DNA from: a virus
Taxonomy: Duplodnaviria; Caudoviricetes
Reading direction: 5' to 3' (one strand)
IMG/VR virus record: IMGVR_UViG_3300020042_006920
Location: 1-29,350 of that record
DNA: 29,350 bases
In this document: positions 9,609 through 18,628 of the stretch, piece after piece
Layout of the letters: every line of letters begins with the position of its first letter
Numbering within the stretch: position 1 is the first letter of the stretch
Made by a program: the position numbers and the translations under genes
Notes under the pieces: generated by a model
Seen by the model: the letters and a program-made list of their open reading frames with translations, nothing else
What the model was told of the DNA's origin: nothing
The model's database searches: none

Positions 9609-12600
9609 ATTTCTTATTGTTGAAACCCACATATCAGTTCCATCATAAATAGCACTCATTACAAATGAACCAGTAAAACCCAGAGCGGTTGCTCCAACAG
9701 TCTGCCAGTTAGAAGCACTATTTAAACTAAAACTATAAGTTCCTGCTTTTATCATAAAGTTATATACCGATTGAGTTGCGTTTGAATAACCAAAAGTTGT
9801 ATTTCCAGTAAGAGTATAAGCATAATTGTTTGCATCTATAAGAGATTGCGTAAGAGTTCCAGTAACAGATGTATTAGTCATAACTTGTGTTGAATATACT
9901 GGAACTTTAATACCAGCATACGCAGAACCATCATAAAAACTTGCTGCTGTTAAACCACCAACTACTATACTTAATTCATTTGTAGCATTTCTGTATATTC
10001 CAGTATCAACATCATCAATAAAATGTAATCCACCTTGGAGGAGTTGTCCGTCTGGAATAGCTATACCACCTTCTTTAAAAAGTGATGCTGTTTTTCCATT
10101 TACTGCTATACCAATTCTACTTGTAGTTGGATGTTGGAATGAATGATATAAACCACTTTGGGTCCAACTTTGAAAACTATAACTTGGTTGGCTAACCGAA
10201 CCAACCTCAAGTTGTATAGTAAGTGATGAGGTATTCCCGAGTGCTAAAGTTTGTTGTAAGTTTTGAGAACTCGCAGAAGCACCATTTTTAATTAAACCTA
10301 ATGAATAAACTTGTCCTACCGAGTGAGTTGCGAAACCACCTAAAAGTGATATATCAAAACTAAACCATCCTCCGCCACCATAAGCACCATAGTTGGTTAT
10401 TTCATAAGCAGTCCAATTTTCAGTTCCTGCTTGTGATAGTTGTAAATATACTGGGTTTGAAGCATATTGACCTAACGTAGTTGTAATCCACGTTTGTATA
10501 TCTCTACCTAAATAATCATATCTATTTACATAAACTACTGATGCGGTTGTTGATGTAGCAGAATCAATTGTAAATGAACTTGTTCCAGGGTCTATACCTT
10601 GTGTTATACCACTTAAAGTAAATCTAAAAGTAGAAGGTCCATCAACACCATTTTGACCTGATGTTCCAGTTGTTCCTGACGTTCCAGTTGTTCCTGATGT
10701 TCCAGTTTGACCTGATGAACCATTTAAACCAGAAGAACCTGATGAACCACTAACTCCTGATGAGCCTGAACTACCTGAACTTCCATTTAAACCACTTGAA
10801 CCATCTTGGCCTGATGAGCCTGATGAACCTGATGAACCTGAACTTCCAGTTGTTCCTGACGTTCCACTTTGGCCTGATGAGCCTGATGAACCACTAACTC
10901 CTGATGAACCACTAACTCCTGATGAACCACTAACTCCTGAACTCCCTGATTGACCTGATGAACCGGATGAACCACTAACTCCTGATGAGCCTGAACTACC
11001 TGAACTTCCATTTAAACCACTTGAACCATCTTGGCCTGATGAACCTGAACTCCCTGATTGACCTGATGAACCGGATGAACCTGATGAACCTGAACTCCCT
11101 GATTGACCTGATGAACCTGATGAACCTGATGAACCAGATTGACCTGATGAACCTGAACTCCCTGATTGACCTGATGAACCTGATGAACCTGATGAACCTG
11201 AACTCCCTGATTGACCTGATGAACCTGATGAACCTGATGAACCAGATTGACCTGATGAACCTGACGTTCCACTACCACCACTAAACGTAATACCATTAAA
11301 AAACATATCACCAGTATTTGATACCGAAAAAGAAGGTCCGATAAAGACCATGCCACTTTGAGTAGCAGTCATATTATTAACGTTAATCATTGTAATGTTT
11401 GTATCTGTTATAGTGTTTCCACTACCACCAATTACAATTGATTTGTCTGCTTCTATAACATTATCACTACCACCAATAACCGCTGAATCATCACCAGTTA
11501 CAAAGTTTCTATCACCACTTACTATTGTATTATTTCCAGAAGCTATATTACCATCACCTATAACAGCCTGTGATTTTACTTTTATAATTCCGTCTTTTGT
11601 TACTGCAACTCCACCGACAGTATTATTTGAACCTATAACAACGCCGGTATTACCAGTATTATTTGAACCAGAAACTACCAAAAGTCCATCAACTTTTGTT
11701 GTGCTTAATCCAGGTTTTGTTCCAATAGATGATGTTAATCCTCTCTTTGGATTGTATTTAACACCTTCATTTATTTTAATTAACTCAACAGTTGTTACTT
11801 GATTATTTAATGGTTTATAATCAATAATTTTATTAACATAGTAATAACTATCCAATATAAATATCTTTGTATTGAAATTATCTTTAACATATCTTATATC
11901 ATACTCATCAAGATAAAACTTACTTGTTACTAATCTACCATCTTCAATTTGATCTACATAGTTAGACCAGTATGTGTTATACATATTTGATTGTGGTATT
12001 GACCCCCAGTCGTTATAAAAATAAAACTTACAAGTTCCGAAATTTATATCAAGTGTTGGAGATACTGGGTCATCAAAATGTCCTGCGTATGGATATGTAG
12101 TAAAACTTTCAGTTGAACCAGTAGCACCAGTTGATTGGTCTTGAAAAGTCCATTGCCATCCAGCACCATATGATTTTAATCCACCCCAATAAAGAACCCT
12201 TTGATTACCTTTTGGTTTCTCTGGGTCAATTGCTGGTAAATAAGCATTCCACGGAGTTTTAATAATTGGGGTTGGTGAGAATATACTTTCAATTTTATTC
12301 TCACCTTTAACGAAATCATTATCAAATGTAAATCTATATTGTCCGTAAATATCTCCACCGACATTATCAATATATGATTTGTTGTAAAAATCACTATCTG
12401 ATTTATAAGTAAATAACATTTGTTTAAATTGTAAATCAGATAATAACTCAATGCTGTCTTCGGATGAGTAATCTTTTTTATTAGTCCAATCTAAAACTGA
12501 ACCAGTTGAATAAAAGTCAGGTCTTGTATCAAAGATTAATTGTCTTGGATTATCCTGGTCTGTTTGAATAAATAAATTATATCTTTTTATTAAATCACTA

Positions 12601-14033
12601 ATTAAATCTCTTTGTTTTACTTTGTCTGATAAAAATTGTGATATGTCTATGACGTCTCCCTGTGATATATCAGTTGTAAAACATTTATTTTGCATTGTAT
12701 TACCACCATTATCATTTCTAAATACAATAAAACCAGTCATGCTTGGTGTAAATGCACCTCCAGTTCCAGACCAAGCAGCACCTGGATTTGTCTGCCAAGG
12801 TCTCATAGTTAATCTAACCTTATCACCTAAGTTTAAGGCCTTTTCTGCTGTGGTTACATTGATATTATAATATCTTGAGGCTGAGGCTCCAAGACCAATT
12901 GTAGATTGATTATATATTCTTGTTAAACTATCAACTTGCCAATCGGTCCATGTTGTTCCCCCATTTTTAGAAACTTGAAGCATAAAATTAACTTTGATTG
13001 TTGGATATAGGGGCTGTGAATACGGATTAGTATTCACAGCCATTGTTGTAGTTCCACTTGTATTTCTTAAGTTTAAATTGAATGATAAATTATAATTAAT
13101 TGAAAAATTACCATTTCTATCAACATCCCATAGATATAAAGCCTCATCCCAGTTATTATCATTATCATAAAAACCAGAAGCTGTTGCTGTATTTGCTAAT
13201 GGTAGTGGTAAATAATTTCCGTTATAACTTGGAAACGCACTATATGGAGCAGGATTATTTCCCGAGTTGGCATAACCCCCAAGTGATACATTTAACGTAG
13301 AGTTGGTAAGTCCAACCTTATACAACCTTCGCGTGATTTCATCTGCTGGTATTTTTGGTTTTCCATCACCAGTGTATGCTAAAATCTCTTGATTAAATTG
13401 TGTGTTTTGTTTTAATGAACCAGTCCAACCGAAGCCGGCTTGTTGAACCATAGCATCTATTATGGTTCTATAAAATGGTGCTGGGTAAAAGTATTCAATT
13501 CTATAATTATTATCTTTTGTGAATGTTCCATACATCGGATAAACATAACCATCTTCATAAGTATTATTCCAACTATCTTTAACATTTGTGTTAGAAAATG
13601 TATGTCCGTATTTAGATAAGTTAAGGTCTGCTAATGATTTCTCACCTAATTCCGACATCAAATCAACAGCGTTATTATACATAACAATTTCATATTGTAT
13701 TGTATTACCTTGATGGTCTGTATTGACTAATTTCTTAATCTTTTTTAATTGAATAAAACCATCCATTACATTTTCAGTATTAACTAATAGGACAGCACTG
13801 ACTTTTTTATTCGGATTAAACATCGTAAAATCCGCGTTTATATCAAATAGATTTCCGAACCAATAGTTATTATTTTTAGAACCAGGTAGAACCATCGTCT
13901 TTGAATAAGCAGCATTTCTTTTAGTAATGTCTTTTATATCAGCTATAGAGTATTGTAATGCTATGTCTAACTCTTGGTTTAAATCAAGTTTAGCATTTGC
14001 TGGTTCGTTTATAAATAATTCTACAAAATTCAT
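9594..14033 (-). CDS. Large tail tip/baseplate hub protein fused to fibre modules
   Basis: 1479 aa; N-terminal LDL...YSIADIKDITKRNAAYSKTMVLPG..NN typical of Bacteroidota phage tail-tip proteins; then beta-roll-like V/I-G-x-x-N repeats, a GSS tract and the C-terminal module shared with 706..3375. Confidence 0.75.
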   Translation of the reverse strand: MNFVELFINEPANAKLDLNQELDIALQYSIADIKDITKRNAAYSKTMVLPGSKNNNYWFGNLFDINADFTMFNPNKKVSAVLLVNTENVMDGFIQLKKIKKLVNTDHQGNTIQYEIVMYNNAVDLMSELGEKSLADLNLSKYGHTFSNTNVKDSWNNTYEDGYVYPMYGTFTKDNNYRIEYFYPAPFYRTIIDAMVQQAGFGWTGSLKQNTQFNQEILAYTGDGKPKIPADEITRRLYKVGLTNSTLNVSLGGYANSGNNPAPYSAFPSYNGNYLPLPLANTATASGFYDNDNNWDEALYLWDVDRNGNFSINYNLSFNLNLRNTSGTTTMAVNTNPYSQPLYPTIKVNFMLQVSKNGGTTWTDWQVDSLTRIYNQSTIGLGASASRYYNINVTTAEKALNLGDKVRLTMRPWQTNPGAAWSGTGGAFTPSMTGFIVFRNDNGGNTMQNKCFTTDISQGDVIDISQFLSDKVKQRDLISDLIKRYNLFIQTDQDNPRQLIFDTRPDFYSTGSVLDWTNKKDYSSEDSIELLSDLQFKQMLFTYKSDSDFYNKSYIDNVGGDIYGQYRFTFDNDFVKGENKIESIFSPTPIIKTPWNAYLPAIDPEKPKGNQRVLYWGGLKSYGAGWQWTFQDQSTGATGSTESFTTYPYAGHFDDPVSPTLDINFGTCKFYFYNDWGSIPQSNMYNTYWSNYVDQIEDGRLVTSKFYLDEYDIRYVKDNFNTKIFILDSYYYVNKIIDYKPLNNQVTTVELIKINEGVKYNPKRGLTSSIGTKPGLSTTKVDGLLVVSGSNNTGNTGVVIGSNNTVGGVAVTKDGIIKVKSQAVIGDGNIASGNNTIVSGDRNFVTGDDSAVIGGSDNVIEADKSIVIGGSGNTITDTNITMINVNNMTATQSGMVFIGPSFSVSNTGDMFFNGITFSGGSGTSGSSGQSGSSGSSGSSGQSGSSGSSGSSGSSGQSGSSGSSGQSGSSGSSGSSGQSGSSGSSGSSGSSGQSGSSGSSGQDGSSGLNGSSGSSGSSGVSGSSGSSGQSGSSGVSGSSGVSGSSGVSGSSGSSGQSGTSGTTGSSGSSGSSGSSGQDGSSGLNGSSGSSGSSGVSGSSGSSGLNGSSGQTGTSGTTGTSGTTGTSGQNGVDGPSTFRFTLSGITQGIDPGTSSFTIDSATSTTASVVYVNRYDYLGRDIQTWITTTLGQYASNPVYLQLSQAGTENWTAYEITNYGAYGGGGWFSFDISLLGGFATHSVGQVYSLGLIKNGASASSQNLQQTLALGNTSSLTIQLEVGSVSQPSYSFQSWTQSGLYHSFQHPTTSRIGIAVNGKTASLFKEGGIAIPDGQLLQGGLHFIDDVDTGIYRNATNELSIVVGGLTAASFYDGSAYAGIKVPVYSTQVMTNTSVTGTLTQSLIDANNYAYTLTGNTTFGYSNATQSVYNFMIKAGTYSFSLNSASNWQTVGATALGFTGSFVMSAIYDGTDMWVSTIRNYQSY
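10650..11280 (-). repeat. Coding Gly-Ser-Ser/Gly-Gln-Ser triplet repeat
   Basis: Tandem 9-nt units (cctgatgaa) with higher-order duplications, encoding SGQSGSSGSSG; boundaries approximate. Confidence 0.9.
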
Positions 14034-15508
14034 TATCCTCTTTGGTTCATATTTTTGTTAGCCAACTCAAATGTAAGCGTATAGTTTATTACTTGGTCGT
14101 TTATGATTTGCTTTCTTTCAACAGCATTAGATACTATATTAATAGCAAGCACAATTCCGTTTTCATTAATCCAATAAACTTCTGGACTTTCAAATAAATC
14201 CATTAAGAAATCTGATGTTGTTTGATTAACCCAATTTGAGTTGATTGTATATTGGTCTAAAACAACTATGTCTAATGTTTTTCTACCTCTATCGTATGAC
14301 TTATAGTTCCAGTTATTAGATGCTGGTGCGTATGAACCATAATGTTGTTGATAGTCAGCTTTGTTAATAGTTTTGTTATGCTTATTCACCATATTAAAAG
14401 TAAATGGAATAAATGAACCCATCTTATCCAAGAATACTAATTGTATTTTTTCATATTTAGAACATTGTGTTTTAATCTTAAATGTCTTGGTTGCTATTGT
14501 TTGTTGATTTGATGAATTAACCACCCATATATCCATATCAGTTGTTGATGAGTTAATCACTGGAAAAGTATAAGACCCAGTTGATATAGAAGCCGTAGCA
14601 TTCAACAATTGATAAGGTCCTATACCAATCCTTAATAATCTATTATTATCTATTGTAGATGATGTAAATGAATTTGTTATTGAGTATGTTCCAAGATTTG
14701 TTTTTATATAAACTTTACTAATACTATTGGTAGTATTTTGATAAAGATTTAACCACATTCTACTATCTAATCCAAGTTCATATTCGTCTGGAACGCCAGT
14801 AAAAAACTTACCATAAGGTAGAGTTGTGTTTGCATACCAATCTGTATAATCCCAGTCAATATAATCTAAATATGATAAAACCCCGTTAAAGGCAAATAAC
14901 TTTCCAGTTGATGCGGTTGTTGATATAACATTTAAGTTAAAGTTTGCTAAACTCATTGTTCCACTATTTGTTGATGATGCCACTCCAAATGGTTGGTCTG
15001 TTGTAATCCTCCAATTACCAGCGGAAAATGTTTTAGCGACTATGGTTGAATTGCCTTCATATGAGACATTTGTATAACCAGTATTTTGTGCTACAAATAT
15101 CTCATCACCAACAACAAAAAAAGGTTCTGTTGGTCCATAGAATCCAACTTTTCCAATGTTTGGAGAATTACTTTCATAAAAATTATCAGTAAAAGGCCAG
15201 TTTTGTCTAAACTCTTCCGAGAAATTAACAGAGTATGTCGCCATAGATTGCGTTGCTCTTGTAAAGTAGTTGGCGTTCGGGTCAAAATCAAAAGAAATTC
15301 TGTTCTCAATATGTTTATGTAAATCAAATACTCCATACCCATCTGGATTTACTGGAACTTTCATTTTTGTAACAGCCAAGCCATTACAATAAACATCACC
15401 TATAAATTGAAAGCTTTCTTTTGTTTGATTTGATGAGGTTGCAACAATCATCAGTTGGTTATAAACTGGTGATAATTCTTGTGGTTGTTTATTTATTGTG
15501 ATACTCAT
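14033..15508 (-). CDS. Tail protein (distal tail/baseplate-like)
   Basis: 491 aa, translationally coupled to the tail-tip gene; C-terminal FLDKMG...FTF, NSNWV, LFESPEVY motifs. Confidence 0.65.
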   Translation of the reverse strand: MSITINKQPQELSPVYNQLMIVATSSNQTKESFQFIGDVYCNGLAVTKMKVPVNPDGYGVFDLHKHIENRISFDFDPNANYFTRATQSMATYSVNFSEEFRQNWPFTDNFYESNSPNIGKVGFYGPTEPFFVVGDEIFVAQNTGYTNVSYEGNSTIVAKTFSAGNWRITTDQPFGVASSTNSGTMSLANFNLNVISTTASTGKLFAFNGVLSYLDYIDWDYTDWYANTTLPYGKFFTGVPDEYELGLDSRMWLNLYQNTTNSISKVYIKTNLGTYSITNSFTSSTIDNNRLLRIGIGPYQLLNATASISTGSYTFPVINSSTTDMDIWVVNSSNQQTIATKTFKIKTQCSKYEKIQLVFLDKMGSFIPFTFNMVNKHNKTINKADYQQHYGSYAPASNNWNYKSYDRGRKTLDIVVLDQYTINSNWVNQTTSDFLMDLFESPEVYWINENGIVLAINIVSNAVERKQIINDQVINYTLTFELANKNMNQRG

Positions 15509-15530
15509 TACTATTTTATATCTTTATTAT

Positions 15531-15557
15531 TAAATATAGTTTAGTAAAGAATTGTCT
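15531..15557 (-). promoter_or_regulatory. Putative late promoter AGACAA-N13-TATATTTA (copy 3)
   Basis: AGACAA TTCTTTACTAAAC TATATTTA upstream of the ATG at 15508. Confidence 0.75.
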
Positions 15558-15564
15558 TTGTCTT

Positions 15565-15598
15565 AAAATGAAAAACCCCTCATGTCTGTAAGGGGTTT
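15565..15598 (-). terminator. Intrinsic terminator
   Basis: Minus strand AAACCCCTTA-CAGACA-TGAGGGGTTT followed by TTCATTTT. Confidence 0.8.
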
Positions 15599-15632
15599 AT
15601 CTAACAAAAAAAACATCCGTTTATGAATATAA
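15565..15632 (-). ncRNA. Candidate ~65-nt small RNA
   Basis: Short non-coding stretch between a promoter-like motif (15637..15662) and the terminator; inference only. Confidence 0.3.
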
Positions 15633-15636
15633 ATTT

Positions 15637-15662
15637 TATATTCTACTTTATTGAAAAAGTTT
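15637..15662 (-). promoter_or_regulatory. Promoter-like motif AAACTTT-N13-AATATA
   Basis: Same elements and spacing as 24700..24725 upstream of the polymerase-like gene. Confidence 0.45.
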
Positions 15663-15683
15663 TATCGTAGCGTATTTTATTAT

Positions 15684-16085
15684 TTATGTTTTTTTATCCT
15701 CTGAAAGAACTCTTATTATTGTTCTTCTGGTTGCATCAGTCATTAATTCTTTTATCTTATCTAATATCTGTTTGTCCTCAAAGATAGCCTCCGAGAAATA
15801 CCAATTTAATTTATCTCTTCTATCATCATCAAGATACTTGAAATAACTAACCATATTTAATTTTATTTCAAACCCACCATTTTTACCTTGTTTTACAAAA
15901 TTTCTATTTGCTTTTAACTTTCTTCTTAAACTACCAGTTTTATCTTCTACTAATAAACCACCTTCCACCTTTTGTAATCCACTCGGTCTCTTATGTTCTT
16001 CAAATATAATGTTTTCAACACGGGTTAGTATAAGTTTTTCTAACTCTCTTATATCTTTTTTATCAAGTTCTATATCTTCTGCCAT
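15684..16085 (-). CDS. Putative neck/tail-completion protein
   Basis: 133 aa basic protein with a KTGSLRR motif reminiscent of HK97 gp10-like TG.L motifs; tail operon context. Confidence 0.45.
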   Translation of the reverse strand: MAEDIELDKKDIRELEKLILTRVENIIFEEHKRPSGLQKVEGGLLVEDKTGSLRRKLKANRNFVKQGKNGGFEIKLNMVSYFKYLDDDRRDKLNWYFSEAIFEDKQILDKIKELMTDATRRTIIRVLSEDKKT

Positions 16086-17008
16086 TATCTAAAAGTTCCC
16101 CCTGGATTAAAACCAATTCCTTTTTGTATTAAGTATTGATGAACCGCTGCTCCCACAGAAGGCGAAACTCCTTTCGTCCATGAGCCATATTCATTTTCAC
16201 CTGTTGTAGTAGGGGCAGCATTACCTTCACTTACATTATTAAATAGATTTTCATCTACACCAACATAAGTATAAGTTGAACCATCATTAAATCTTATAAC
16301 TAATTCCAAAGTTTCAGAGTTCCACATCATCTTATCTACATTACTACTTTTAACTACAGCTCTAATTTTTTCAAAGTTAATTGATAGTTTTTCTTTTCTA
16401 ATCTGTTCCAGTTTTCTACCTGCCCATTCAACTCCTTCGTCTCCACCCCAAGCTAACCACATTAATCTACCACAACCATCACCTAATTTTTTATTAGAGT
16501 TTTGTCTTTGTCTTTCAAAAGAAGCCATCCGAGAAATTGTTTCCTCACTAATAGCCTCGCCTTTTGCTAATTGATTTGCTCTTTGTTTTCCAACAGGAGT
16601 CCCACAAGAACCCCAACCATTTTTATCAGCCCAGTTTAAAGCTGCTTGTGCGTTTTGAATTGCTGCTTTTGGGTAATCTGTATAACTTTCAAAAGATAAG
16701 TTCTTTAATTCATCCTCATGATATAAATACTCCGAATCCTCTGTGTGTGTCTCACCAGTCATTAAACGACCTGATGCGTCTTTGTGTGTCGGTCCAGTCC
16801 ATAATTTACCATCAGCGGTATAGTGAGGCATACCAGCCTTATACTTTTTATTTCTTATTCTTTTAACAGCAGATAATTGTTTTTCATCCCAAGTAGAATA
16901 ACATATAGCAGCGGCTTGTTCTGATGACTTACCACTTTTAATCTCAATTGGAATACAACGAGTTATAAACTCATCTTTTGTTTCACCTTGTTTTCTTTTA
17001 ATTGGCAT
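16085..17008 (-). CDS. Multi-module putative head-associated protein with a C-terminal KTSC-like domain
   Basis: 307 aa; modules MP....GE..DEFI.RC...QAAAICY, HY..DG..W.G.THK..G.LMTG..HT, SYTDYP...GKQRANQLA...W.AWGG, and KTSC-like SSNV....W......L.I.F.DGSTYTY.GV. Confidence 0.6.
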   Translation of the reverse strand: MPIKRKQGETKDEFITRCIPIEIKSGKSSEQAAAICYSTWDEKQLSAVKRIRNKKYKAGMPHYTADGKLWTGPTHKDASGRLMTGETHTEDSEYLYHEDELKNLSFESYTDYPKAAIQNAQAALNWADKNGWGSCGTPVGKQRANQLAKGEAISEETISRMASFERQRQNSNKKLGDGCGRLMWLAWGGDEGVEWAGRKLEQIRKEKLSINFEKIRAVVKSSNVDKMMWNSETLELVIRFNDGSTYTYVGVDENLFNNVSEGNAAPTTTGENEYGSWTKGVSPSVGAAVHQYLIQKGIGFNPGGTFR

Positions 17009-17025
17009 GTTTTATTTTATATTTT

Positions 17026-17517
17026 TTAAGCAGTTATTGGACTGATACACGGATTCTCATTTTTAACTCTTAAAGTTATTGAGGCTTCAAATCCATTTAC
17101 ATCTCCACTATCCTCATTATAAAAAGGTTCAACTGAAATATCATCAATTAAACTTATAGTAGAAAAAGTTCCTAAACTATCCTCACTTATGCAATTAATT
17201 ATATCTGTTATAATAGTAAAGCAATCTGAAAGAACATCTTGTCCGTTATTTGAATTTAAACCCACTGCTTGATAAGCGTTTATTTGATTATTGTTTTTAT
17301 CAGCAATTCTTAACACAAAGTTATATTCTACTGCTCTATATTTATTAACATCCGAAAAAGGTAAGTCGTGTGCTAAATCACTAACAATCCAAAAGTAAGG
17401 ATAGTATTTTATGTCTGTTAATATATCATATCTTTGTCCTGTTCCAAAAGCATTAATCCTTGGGTCGGAGTCAGAGATAAACTTAAACTTATTCATCATT
17501 TGATTTATTGTAATCAT
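17026..17517 (-). CDS. Putative tail terminator/completion protein
   Basis: 163 aa acidic protein; G...D.....YP..W and EPF....D..GF...ITL motifs; tail operon context. Confidence 0.55.
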   Translation of the reverse strand: MITINQMMNKFKFISDSDPRINAFGTGQRYDILTDIKYYPYFWIVSDLAHDLPFSDVNKYRAVEYNFVLRIADKNNNQINAYQAVGLNSNNGQDVLSDCFTIITDIINCISEDSLGTFSTISLIDDISVEPFYNEDSGDVNGFEASITLRVKNENPCISPITA

Positions 17518-17538
17518 CTTTTTTCTATTTTTTTGTCT

Positions 17539-17811
17539 TTATTTTTCTAACGTCTTTATATATTTTTCTCTTTCATTAAACAAACTTAACCAATTTAAAC
17601 AATCTATATAATTCATTTCATATACTTTATCAGGCGTGAGGTTCAATTCTTTAACTAACTTTTCTATCATCATATGCCATTGCCACTTTTTGTAATCAAA
17701 TGAGTAATTTGTCGGACCACTTGTTATAGTTTCTTCCTCATCATCACTTATGACTTTTCTCTTACCAAAATATCCTTCAAAGTTATAAAATATACCCTCA
17801 CGCCATCTTAA
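17539..17811 (-). CDS. -1 frameshift extension of the tail assembly chaperone (gpT-like, 90 aa)
   Basis: Not in the ORF track. The -1 frame is open from the T8 run to TAA at 17539: LRWREGIFYNFEGYFGKRKVISDDEEE...KKWQWHMMIEKLVKELNLTPDKVYEMNYIDCLNWLSLFNEREKYIKTLEK. Confidence 0.75.
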   Translation of the reverse strand, partial: LRWREGIFYNFEGYFGKRKVISDDEEETITSGPTNYSFDYKKWQWHMMIEKLVKELNLTPDKVYEMNYIDCLNWLSLFNEREKYIKTLEK

Positions 17812-18359
17812 AAAAAATCTTTCAACTCATTCACATCAGCAACCATTAAGTGTTTTCTAAATAATTGTTTTGTTTCCTCATAATTATCAGCATCAAATTT
17901 TTCTGGAACTTTCTTTGTGTCTCCATTTGGTAAAGTAATTACTTTTACTTTTCTTACTAAAATTGGTAAGATATTAGTAAGTAGTTCATGAGCAGATGAG
18001 TTTGCTATTTGTAATTCTAAACTAACCACCTCGCCCATCTCTAAACTATTTAAATTTTTAACGGCCATATATTCAACTTTATCAATAATGAATTCTTTTA
18101 CACCAGTTGGCTGAATTGGGTCATTAGACCACTTTACTTTTTCAGTCAGGATTTCAAACGAACCTTTTGTGATTTTACTCAAAGTTTCAATTGGAGACCC
18201 TAACATAATTGCAAATAACTCAATTGCATATTGGTATTGTGATTTATATTCACTTAAAATTGAATAGTGATTTATCAACTTTTCAAACTTTTCTATATTA
18301 ATCTCACTCCAACTTTCGGGTAAGTTATACTCAACCCCTTCTAATTCAATAACCATCAT
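17808..18359 (-). CDS. Tail assembly chaperone (gpG-like)
   Basis: 183 aa with LPESWSEI near the start; ends ...KDFF on the slippery sequence GAT TTT TTT TAA. Confidence 0.7.
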   Translation of the reverse strand: MMVIELEGVEYNLPESWSEINIEKFEKLINHYSILSEYKSQYQYAIELFAIMLGSPIETLSKITKGSFEILTEKVKWSNDPIQPTGVKEFIIDKVEYMAVKNLNSLEMGEVVSLELQIANSSAHELLTNILPILVRKVKVITLPNGDTKKVPEKFDADNYEETKQLFRKHLMVADVNELKDFF

Positions 18360-18386
18360 ATCTTTATCCTTTTCTTTTTTTTATAT

Positions 18387-18413
18387 TAAATATATTTATC
18401 TCACCCTTTGTCT
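18387..18413 (-). promoter_or_regulatory. Putative late promoter AGACAA-N13-TATATTTA (copy 4)
   Basis: AGACAA AGGGTGAGATAAA TATATTTA upstream of the chaperone gene. Confidence 0.75.
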
Positions 18414-18626
18414 TTAAGGATGTATTCCTTTTTGTTCTGCCCAGTTTCTTAAAACACTAAACATCTGTCTTATTGCTGGGTCGCAAGTCATACACCATTT
18501 ACCACCCTCATTAATATATCTATTGATTATGCTTTGGCATGAGTTCTTATCACCCATATCAGCAATCTTTATAGTCAATAATCTTTTGATTTCAACTATG
18601 TCTGCTTGTGTTAATTCAGTTTCCAT
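18414..18626 (-). CDS. Hypothetical protein with CxxC
   Basis: 70 aa containing WCMTCDP; tightly packed in the operon. Confidence 0.6.
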   Translation of the reverse strand: METELTQADIVEIKRLLTIKIADMGDKNSCQSIINRYINEGGKWCMTCDPAIRQMFSVLRNWAEQKGIHP

Positions 18627-18628
18627 AT

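Noticed and set aside
706-9880. Diversity-generating retroelement TR/VR pair suggested by the duplicated C-termini
   Set aside because: No reverse transcriptase in the window, both copies are coding gene ends, and differences are not adenine-specific.
10787-11356. QVHQV and LNLM ORFs overlapping the 1479-aa gene
   Set aside because: Alternate-frame readings of the same repeat with no independent motifs, unlike the nested HNH.
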